Source: Pseudomonadota bacterium (GTDB lineage: Bacteria; Pseudomonadota; Alphaproteobacteria; Rhizobiales; Beijerinckiaceae). Taken from it: DNA of 64,000 bases. Every line of letters starts with the position of its first letter. The stretch's first letter is position 1. Below the pieces are notes generated by a model, which worked only from the letters and a program-made list of their open reading frames with translations, made no database searches and was not told the DNA's origin. Below, one piece after another: positions 9,652 to 17,610 of the stretch. The stretch covers positions 27,594 through 91,593 of the forward strand of contig JAKAJL010000009.1 of the NCBI GenBank assembly GCA_021813805.1, in the 5' to 3' direction. The position numbers were made by a program, and so were the translations under genes.

Positions 9652-10270
9652 AGCAGATTGCTTTTAGGTTGAATGGACAGGGCTCCCCTGTCGATTGAAC
9701 CCGATCCTATTGTTCGCCGGGTCGGAGGCTGGGCTGAATGGCTCGCACTTATTCACAAGACCTGCGCGATCGGGTGATCGACGCGGTTATGCGCGACGGC
9801 ATGAGCCGCCGCGCCGCGGCGCGCCGGTTTGGCGTCAGCGAGTCGTCAGCTGTGAAATGGCTTCAACGTTTTCAGGCGACGGACGCGCGCACGCCGGTCG
9901 GCACTGGCGGGCATCGACCTTCCATCCTCAAGCCCCATCTGGACTATCTGGAGGCGGTCCTGGCCGAGCAGCCGGACATCACGCTCGCCGCCCTGGGCCG
10001 TCGCCTGTTGGCCGACCGCGCCGTCAAAGCCGACACCTCGATGTTAAGTCGATTTTTCCGGCGCGAAGGGGTCACAATCAAGAAACGAGGGCGCCGGTCC
10101 AAAAAGCGCCCCCTAGCCTCGAGTTCGAAGGAAAACCGCGGAAAGCGCCAATCCGCTGTCTTGAAACCATAGACGGCGCGGCCGGCGCAATTCCCGAGAC
10201 ATGGTCCGTCGAGCAATGGGCCAAGGTCCTCGCCGAGGCGGGGTGTGCGTCAATCTAAAAGCAGTTCGCA
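9652..10270 (+). mobile_element. Degenerate IS630-family element with internal deletion of the DDE domain
   Basis: Imperfect TIRs agcagattgcttttaggttga (9652-9672) / tcaatctaaaagcagttcgca (10250-10270), 13/14 core match; IS630 OrfA HTH plus transposase-like C-terminal tail ...KVLAEAGCASI*. Confidence 0.75.
9738..10172 (+). pseudogene. IS630 transposase N-terminal (HTH) ORF only
   Basis: MARTYSQDLRDRVIDAV...SRRAAARRFGVSESSAVKW...PDITL...GVTIKK, then basic non-homologous tail. Confidence 0.8.
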
Positions 10271-10394
10271 TATGCAGTAACCGCAAGTCAAACTAAGGAT
10301 AGTAAAGGCCAAGCTTGGCATAAACTAAGCAGATTTGATCGGGGGCAGTTTCGAAAATCTGGATAACGATTTCCTCGCCGATGGAATCAAACAA

Positions 10395-10433
10395 AGCCGT
10401 TGTGGCATAAATGCCACGGCGGCTATTTTTTTT
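10395..10433 (+). terminator. Intrinsic terminator ~345 bp upstream of the T1SS cargo gene
   Basis: 13-bp stem AGCCGTTGTGGCA/TGCCACGGCGGCT (two G-U pairs favour + strand), 4-nt loop, then A and T8. Confidence 0.75.
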
Positions 10434-10777
10434 CTGCTTGCCGAACGGTTAATGAATCGGCGCAGATTCAGTGTGTTAGTCTATTTTGTCCATTGAGTCC
10501 GGGCATTGTGGCGTTGTTCACCTCGGAATTTGGACGCTTGGCATGGTCGAATGACCTTGTTGGCGGCGCCAGGCTTCCACAAAAAAGCCTTACCCGGCCC
10601 GCTAGTTCCCGCTCGAGTGGAATCAGTGCTGATTCTTGTTTGTTTGCGATTAGGCGCGCATGGAAGGAGTCAATACGATTAAATTGCGCTTGTAAGGAGT
10701 TCCTGTACGTTAATTCCTAGTCGCTATACGCTTAAACACCACGCCTCGAAAAATGCGGGACATATAAGGAGAGAGCC

Positions 10778-13700
10778 TTGGCTACATCGAATTCGACCAC
10801 CGGATGGCCGGACGCAACGAACACTGGCGTGCCCGCCGGCGTAACCTTGACGCCTTCGGGAAGTCTGGTGATCACACAAGCGGGGGCGGTCATCTCCGGA
10901 CTGAATATCACCGGGACGGTCTTGATCGAGGCGCCGAATGTGACGCTGGAGAATTGCAGCATCACCGGGGCGACGGGGGGCGGCGTTGTCCAGATCGCGC
11001 AAGGCGTGACGGGGACCACGGTCGCGAACTGCACGATCAATGGAACGGGAGCCAATAATGCCGGCTCGAACGGAATTTGGGGTAGCGGCACATTCATCAA
11101 TAACAATATTTTCAATGTCGAGAACGGCATTGCGATGGATACCAATATTCAGGTCACCAGCCCAACGCTAATTGAGAACAATTACATCCACGATTTGCAG
11201 GCCTCAGGGTCGCCGCATTACGACGTCATTCAGATCGATGGTAATGTCTCTAATGTTACGATCACACATAATACGCTAATCAATCAGAACAACGAAACAT
11301 CATCGGTGATGATTGATAATTATTTTGGGCCATTGTCTAACATTAACGTCTACAACAACATTCTTTCAGGTGGCGACTTCACGGTCTATGTTGACGGACA
11401 TTTCAACAGCAACCCGATCACGGGCGTGTCCATCACCAACAACCACATGGGCGCGGGCATTTATGGCTATACGGATTTCAACGGGACCAACCCCACTTAT
11501 ACGGGCAACGTCAATGACGCCGCGACCCTGATCTCGACACTCAACACTCCGGCCAATACCGGCGGCTCTTCGACGGCTCCGGCCGCGCCCGCGATTTCGT
11601 CGTGGTCGCCGGACACCGGCGTCGTCGGCGACGGGATCACCGACGCCAGCGTGCTGACTCTCAAGGGCACAGCGGCGGCCGGCAGCACCGTCAAGGTTTA
11701 CGACGGCTCGAGCCTGATCGGCACGGTCACCGCCGATTCGGCGGGGGCTTGGACCGACGTCACCCCGACGCTGACCAACGCCACGCATGTGTTCACGGCG
11801 ACGGCGACGACCACCGCCGGAACCAGCGCGGCGTCCGCCGCGGTCGACGTGACCGTCGATACGATTGCTCCGGCCGCTCCGGCGGTGACGAGCGACATGA
11901 TCGTCAACACCAACCATGTTCAGCTGTTGGGCACGGCCGAGGCGAACAGCACGATCACAGTTTACGATGGAACGACCGCGGTCGGGACCGGCGTCACGAA
12001 TGCGTCGGGAAGCTGGAGCGTGACGACGTCGGCGCTGCCGACGGGCGCCCACCCCCTCACCGCGACCGCGACCGACGCGGCGGGCAACGTCAGCGTCGCC
12101 TCCCAGGCGGTCGATCCGGTGATCGGCTCTTCGACGGCTCCGGCCGCGCCCGCGATTTCGTCGTGGTCGCCGGACACCGGCGTCGTCGGCGACGGAATCA
12201 CCGACGCCAGCGTGCTGACTCTCAAGGGCACAGCGGCGGCCGGCAGCACCGTCAAGGTTTACGACGGCTCGAGCCTGATCGGCACGGTCACCGCCGATTC
12301 GGCGGGGGCTTGGACCGACGTCACCCCGACGCTGACCAACGCCACGCATGTGTTCACGGCGACGGCGACGACCACCGCCGGAACCAGCGCGGCGTCCGCC
12401 GCGGTCGACGTGACCGTCGATACGATTGCTCCGGCCGCTCCGGCGGTGACGAGCGACACGATCGTCAACACCAACCATGTTCAGCTGTCGGGCACGGCCG
12501 AGGCGAACAGCACGATCACAGTTTACGATGGAACGACCGCGGTCGGGACCGGTGTCACGGATGTGTCGGGAAAGTGGAGCGTAACGACATCGGCGCTGCC
12601 GACGGGCGCCCACCCCCTCACCGCGACCGCGACCGACGCGGCGGGCAACGTCAGCGTCGCCTCCCAGGCGGTCGATCCCGTTATCGGCGCAAGCACGAAC
12701 ACAAGCTCTGCCGGATGGCCTGACGCGACCAATACCGGCGTGCCCGCCGGCGTAACCTTGACCGCGTCCGGGAGCCTCGTGATCACCAAGGCTGGGGCGG
12801 TCATCTCCGGGCTGGATATCTCCGGGACGGTTTATATCGACGCGCCCAATGTCACTTTGGAGAACTGCAAGATCACGTCGGCCAGCGCCGCCGTCGTCAC
12901 GATCGCATCCGGGATGACAGGGGCGGTCGTCCAGAATTGCGAGATCAACGGAACGGGCGCCAGCAGCGCCGGCTCTATCGGAATTTACGGCAGCGGCTCG
13001 TTCATCGACAACAATATCTACAATGTCGCAAAAGGCGTCTATGTCTCCGTGGGCAGCTCGGGCGCCGTCATTGAAAACAACTACATCCACGACTTACTCG
13101 CGTCAGGCTCGCCAGGTTATGACGGTATCGAGATCGACGGCGGCGTTTCGAAGGTGATGATCAGCCACAACACGGTCGTCAATTCGCACGGCCAGACGTC
13201 GGCGATCATGATCGACAATTATTTCGGGGCGGTCTCGAACGTCAGCGTCAACAACAATCTTCTCGGCGGCGGCGCGTTTACTCTCTATGACGACGGCCAT
13301 TTCAACAGCAATCCCATCACAGGGGTGTCATTCACGAACAATCACCTCGCGTCGGGTCAATGGGGTTACACCGATTTCAACAAAACCAGCCCCGCCTATA
13401 CCGGCAACGTCAACGACGGCGCGACGCTGATCGCGACGCTCAACACGCCGACCAATGACGGGGGCGCTTCGACGGCGCCTGTCGCGTCGGCGACAACCGC
13501 CGTGAGTTCGGCGGCCCCAAGCGCGACGACGCAGCCGGCGTCGATCGGATTCACCGGTCTCTCGGAGAATTCGAGCCATGTCGCGACGATCGCTGGCGAC
13601 GCCGCCGCCAACAGCACGATCAAGCTGTATGACGGCGCCACCCCAATTGGCGCAACAACATCCGATGCGTCCGGTCAGTGGACATTCAAGACCGGGGTCT

Positions 13701-14092
13701 TGTCCAACACGGTCCACACGTTCACCGCGCACGAGGTCGATAGCAGCGGTCAGGTCGTGGGCTATAGTTCGGGCGAGGCGATCCTGGGATCGAGCAGGGG
13801 CAGCGTTCTGACGAGCACGCCGGGCGACGATTATTTCGTTGGCAATGGTCATCCCGACACTTTCGTGTTCGCCCCCAAATTCGGGCAGGACGTGATCAAG
13901 GATTTCGTCGCCACTGGCAGCCAGCACGACACGATCCAGCTCAGCTCAAACGAGTTCAGCGACTTCGCCAGCGTGCTTTCGCATGCGTCCCAGGTTGGCC
14001 AGGACGTGGTCATTTCGTCGGGGAGCGACACATTGACGCTGAAAAACGTAAAGCTGGGCGCGCTCACCTCGCATGATTTCCATTTCGCTTGA
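10778..14092 (+). CDS. Large type I-secreted protein: two parallel beta-helix modules, bacterial Ig-like repeats, C-terminal T1SS-type tail
   Basis: TTG after AAGGAG; two modules starting GWPDATNTGVPAG with Asn/Ile-rich coils; LxGTAxAxSTVxVYDG/VTVDTxAP Ig repeats; C-term DTFVFAPKFGQDVIKDF...DFHFA; no signal peptide; directly upstream of ABC and MFP genes. Confidence 0.88.
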   Translation: MATSNSTTGWPDATNTGVPAGVTLTPSGSLVITQAGAVISGLNITGTVLIEAPNVTLENCSITGATGGGVVQIAQGVTGTTVANCTINGTGANNAGSNGIWGSGTFINNNIFNVENGIAMDTNIQVTSPTLIENNYIHDLQASGSPHYDVIQIDGNVSNVTITHNTLINQNNETSSVMIDNYFGPLSNINVYNNILSGGDFTVYVDGHFNSNPITGVSITNNHMGAGIYGYTDFNGTNPTYTGNVNDAATLISTLNTPANTGGSSTAPAAPAISSWSPDTGVVGDGITDASVLTLKGTAAAGSTVKVYDGSSLIGTVTADSAGAWTDVTPTLTNATHVFTATATTTAGTSAASAAVDVTVDTIAPAAPAVTSDMIVNTNHVQLLGTAEANSTITVYDGTTAVGTGVTNASGSWSVTTSALPTGAHPLTATATDAAGNVSVASQAVDPVIGSSTAPAAPAISSWSPDTGVVGDGITDASVLTLKGTAAAGSTVKVYDGSSLIGTVTADSAGAWTDVTPTLTNATHVFTATATTTAGTSAASAAVDVTVDTIAPAAPAVTSDTIVNTNHVQLSGTAEANSTITVYDGTTAVGTGVTDVSGKWSVTTSALPTGAHPLTATATDAAGNVSVASQAVDPVIGASTNTSSAGWPDATNTGVPAGVTLTASGSLVITKAGAVISGLDISGTVYIDAPNVTLENCKITSASAAVVTIASGMTGAVVQNCEINGTGASSAGSIGIYGSGSFIDNNIYNVAKGVYVSVGSSGAVIENNYIHDLLASGSPGYDGIEIDGGVSKVMISHNTVVNSHGQTSAIMIDNYFGAVSNVSVNNNLLGGGAFTLYDDGHFNSNPITGVSFTNNHLASGQWGYTDFNKTSPAYTGNVNDGATLIATLNTPTNDGGASTAPVASATTAVSSAAPSATTQPASIGFTGLSENSSHVATIAGDAAANSTIKLYDGATPIGATTSDASGQWTFKTGVLSNTVHTFTAHEVDSSGQVVGYSSGEAILGSSRGSVLTSTPGDDYFVGNGHPDTFVFAPKFGQDVIKDFVATGSQHDTIQLSSNEFSDFASVLSHASQVGQDVVISSGSDTLTLKNVKLGALTSHDFHFA
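11563..12684 (+). repeat. Near-identical 561-bp tandem duplication (187 aa, two Ig-like domains per unit)
   Basis: cggctcttcgacggctccggcc at 11563 and 12124; about a dozen substitutions by eye. Confidence 0.92.
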
Positions 14093-14176
14093 ACAGGGTG
14101 ACCGATGCGATGATGTCAAGCTTCGATTCGCTCCGGAGGATTGTTTCGACGACGGTTCGACCCGGGGAAATATCGC

Positions 14177-16135
14177 ATGACTGAGGTCCAGCGGTCGAAG
14201 GAAATCCCGACTTTCGGCCAGCGGGGGAAAATTCCCCCGCTGGCTTCCGGCGCCGACATAAGGGTCCTGCGGCCTAAGACGTTGGGCTCCGCGGTTGGCG
14301 AGTTGGCCGGACGGGTCAACGAGCAAATCAGGAAGCTGACGGAGTCCGCCGAGGGGTCGATGGAGGCCGCCCGGCGACGAATCTATTCCGAACCGGCTCC
14401 GGCGGCGGATGAATTTGGCAAGCCGCAGTCCGAGATTACCGCCTTGCTGATATCCTGCCGGCGAATTTTCGCGGGCCTGGCCGTGTTCAGCGGATTGAGC
14501 AATCTGCTGATGCTGACCGGTTCATTCTTTATGCTTCAGGTCTATGACAGGGTGCTGCCAGGCCGCAGCGTGCCGACCTTGCTGGCGCTGCTGGGACTGG
14601 CGATCATGCTTTACCTGTTCCAGGGCGGTCTCGACCTCGTCCGCACCCGAATAGGTGTTCGAATCGGCCGTCATCTGGACGAGCGGCTGGGCGAGCGGGT
14701 GTTCGACGCCGTGGTGAGGATGCCGCTGAAGACCCGCGGCGACGGCGACGGTTTGCAGCCATTGCGCGACCTTGATCAGGTGCGCGGCTTCCTGTCGGGA
14801 GGCGGGCCGACCGCGCTGTTCGACTTGCCGTGGATGCCGATCTATCTCGGCATCTGCTTTCTCTTTCATTTCTGGATTGGCGTGACCGCTCTGGCAGGCT
14901 CCGTGGCGCTGGTTGGGGTCACGATGCTGACGGAGTTGCGGACCCGGGGACCGGCGAGGGCGTTTTCAGGTTTCGGGGTGTCGCGGACCGCGCTTGCGGC
15001 GGAAGGGCGGCGGAACGCCGAAGTCCTGCAGGCCATGGGCATGCGGCGACAGGCCGCGCTGCGCTGGCAGGAGGTCAACGCCAAATATCTCGCGGCTCAT
15101 GAACGGGCGAGCGATGTCGCCAGCGGGCTCGGCGGCGTCTCGAAAGTGTTTCGGTCGATTCTCCAGTCGGCGGTCCTCGCGGTCGGCGCCTATCTGGTGA
15201 TCAACCAGGAGTCGACGGCCGGCATCATCATCGCGGGCTCCATCCTTACAGCGCGGGCGTTGGCGCCAGTGGAGATCGCCATCGCCAATTGGAAAGGCTT
15301 CGTCGCCGCACGCCAGTCGGCCCGGCGGCTGGATCAGCTGCTCAAGCTCCTGCCCAGGGAAGAGGAGCCTCTGGCGTTGCCGGCGCCGACCGGCGCACTG
15401 GCGGTTGAACGGCTCGGCGTCGCCGCGCCGGACAGCAACCGGCAGATCCTGGCCGATGTTTCGTTTGAATTGCGCGGCGGCCAGGGCCTCGGCGTCATTG
15501 GCCCGAGCGGTTCAGGCAAATCGACGCTGGCGCGCGCGCTGGTCGGCGTCTGGCCTGGACTTCGTGGCAGGATCACGCTCGATGGCGCCGCCCTCGATCA
15601 ATGGTCTTCCGAGGCGCGCGGCAAACATATCGGCTACTTGCCGCAGGACGTGGAGCTGTTCGACGGCAGCATCGCGCGCAACATTGCGCGCTGCGATCCG
15701 AAAGCCTCGGCGACGGCCGTCCTGGCGGCGGCCATCGCCGCGGGAGCGCATGAACTGATCCTGTCCTTTCCGGACGCCTACGGCACGAAAGTCGGCGAAG
15801 GCGGCGTTACATTGTCCGCCGGGCAGCGGCAGCGAATCGGACTGGCCCGCGCCCTGTACGGCGATCCGTTCCTGGTCGTGCTCGACGAACCGTCGTCAAA
15901 TCTCGACGCCGAAGGCGAGGAGGCTCTGAGCGCGGCGATCCTCGGCGTGCGCAAGCGCGGGGGCGTCGTCGTGGTCGTCGCCCATCGTCCGAAAGCGCTC
16001 GAGGGGGTCGACCATGTGCTTGTCATCGGAGAGGGACGCGCGCAATCGTTTGGGCCGAAGGAGGAGATCCTGAGAAGGGTGCTGCGGAATCCGGTTCCTC
16101 TCAATGTCGTCGCGAGCAACGGGAGGGCCGGATGA
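14177..16135 (+). CDS. Type I secretion ABC permease/ATPase (PrtD/PrsD family)
   Basis: FMLQVYDRV, FDLPW, GPSGSGKS Walker A, LSAGQRQR, LDEP; start uncertain. Confidence 0.93.
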   Translation: MTEVQRSKEIPTFGQRGKIPPLASGADIRVLRPKTLGSAVGELAGRVNEQIRKLTESAEGSMEAARRRIYSEPAPAADEFGKPQSEITALLISCRRIFAGLAVFSGLSNLLMLTGSFFMLQVYDRVLPGRSVPTLLALLGLAIMLYLFQGGLDLVRTRIGVRIGRHLDERLGERVFDAVVRMPLKTRGDGDGLQPLRDLDQVRGFLSGGGPTALFDLPWMPIYLGICFLFHFWIGVTALAGSVALVGVTMLTELRTRGPARAFSGFGVSRTALAAEGRRNAEVLQAMGMRRQAALRWQEVNAKYLAAHERASDVASGLGGVSKVFRSILQSAVLAVGAYLVINQESTAGIIIAGSILTARALAPVEIAIANWKGFVAARQSARRLDQLLKLLPREEEPLALPAPTGALAVERLGVAAPDSNRQILADVSFELRGGQGLGVIGPSGSGKSTLARALVGVWPGLRGRITLDGAALDQWSSEARGKHIGYLPQDVELFDGSIARNIARCDPKASATAVLAAAIAAGAHELILSFPDAYGTKVGEGGVTLSAGQRQRIGLARALYGDPFLVVLDEPSSNLDAEGEEALSAAILGVRKRGGVVVVVAHRPKALEGVDHVLVIGEGRAQSFGPKEEILRRVLRNPVPLNVVASNGRAG

Positions 16136-17448
16136 TGAACCGCTCGATGGCTCCGGCGCTGCATTCGATCCAGCGCTACATGATCGCCGGAATGCTCATG
16201 GTCGCTTTCGTGACCGTGGGCATCGGCGGATGGGCCGCGACGTTCCAGCTCTCCGGCGCGGTGATCGGCCAGGGCGTGGTCGTGGTCGACTCGAGCGTCA
16301 AGAAAGTGCAGCACGCGACCGGCGGCGTCGTCAGCGAAGTGCGCGTCCGCGACGGCGACCGGGTCAAAGCCGGCGATGTCCTCATCCGTCTCGATCAGAC
16401 GCAAACGCTGGCCAACGCGACCATCGTCACCACGAGCGTCGATGAATTGCTCGCGCGTCAGGCGCGCCTGGAAGCCGAACGCGACAACGCCGACGAGGTC
16501 GCGTTCCCGGCTCAATTGCTCAATCGGGCCAAGGAGGCCAATTCCGAAGCGGCTCGGGCCGTCGCCGCCGAGAAGAAATTGTTCGACCTGCGGCGTCAGG
16601 CGAGGAGCGGCCAGAAGGCCCAGCTCAAGGAACGCAGCGCGCAGCTGCAAGACGAGATCAAGGGTTATGCCGGACAGGCGCAAGCCAAGCAGAAGGAAGT
16701 CGATCTCGTTCATCAGGAGCTCGACGGCGTCCGGACGCTCTACCAGAAGAATCTCATTCCCATCACGCGGCTGACCGCGCTGGAGCGCGACGCCGCCCGG
16801 CTCGAAGGCGAGCGCAGCCAATTGACGGGAATGATCGCCCAGGCGAAAGGCAAGATCTCGGAGATCGAACTGCAGATCATCCAGATTGACGAGGATCTCC
16901 GCAGCGAGGTCGGCAAGGATCTGATCGAAACGCGCTCCAAGCTTTCGGAACTCGCCGAGCGCAAGATCGCCGCCATGGATCAGCTCGATCGGGTCGATAT
17001 CAGGGCGCCCCAGTCCGGCCGTGTCCACGAACTCTCCGTGCACACCGTGGGCGGCGTGATCGCGCCGGGCGAACAGATCATGCTCATCGTCCCCGACGCA
17101 GATGTTCTGGCGGTCGAGGTCAAGATCGCGCCGCGCGACATCGACCAGGTCTATGTGGGCCAGACCGCGGCGATGCGGTTCACCGCCTTCGACCAGAAGA
17201 CCACGCCGGAGATCGACGGCGCCGTCAGCATCGTGTCGGCTGATCTCATGCAGGAACCGCGTACCGGCGCCAGCTATTACACCGCGCGCATCGTTCTCAA
17301 GCCCGAGCAACTCGCCAGGCTGGGACAGGCCAAGGTGGTGCCCGGAATGCCCGTCGACGTCTTTATCAAGACGGGGGGACGAACGGCGCTGTCGTACCTA
17401 ACCAAGCCTTTGTGGGACCAGGCGCAGCGCGCGATGAAGGAGCGCTGA
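16132..17448 (+). CDS. HlyD-family T1SS periplasmic adaptor (PrtE/PrsE)
   Basis: N-terminal TM, KKVQH.TGGVV, VRDGDRVKAGD, IRAPQSG, PGMPVDVFI, R..LSYL.KP; ATGA overlap with the ABC gene. Confidence 0.93.
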   Translation: MMNRSMAPALHSIQRYMIAGMLMVAFVTVGIGGWAATFQLSGAVIGQGVVVVDSSVKKVQHATGGVVSEVRVRDGDRVKAGDVLIRLDQTQTLANATIVTTSVDELLARQARLEAERDNADEVAFPAQLLNRAKEANSEAARAVAAEKKLFDLRRQARSGQKAQLKERSAQLQDEIKGYAGQAQAKQKEVDLVHQELDGVRTLYQKNLIPITRLTALERDAARLEGERSQLTGMIAQAKGKISEIELQIIQIDEDLRSEVGKDLIETRSKLSELAERKIAAMDQLDRVDIRAPQSGRVHELSVHTVGGVIAPGEQIMLIVPDADVLAVEVKIAPRDIDQVYVGQTAAMRFTAFDQKTTPEIDGAVSIVSADLMQEPRTGASYYTARIVLKPEQLARLGQAKVVPGMPVDVFIKTGGRTALSYLTKPLWDQAQRAMKER

Positions 17449-17610
17449 GGCGGTCGCCTTGGCGAAATGGGGTAGAAATTTTCGTTGTCGTTCGAGTCGA
17501 CGGGGCGGCATTGACTGTTAAGCTGAATTATGGACAATTCGCATTGTCATTTGCGGAAGCCCGCCTTTCGGCGGGAAAATATCCGTGGGTCGCCGGATAA
17601 CGGGTGATGC

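Noticed and set aside
11563..12684. DGR template/variable repeat or CRISPR array
   Set aside because: In-frame coding duplication; changes are not adenine-specific; no reverse transcriptase, spacers or cas genes.
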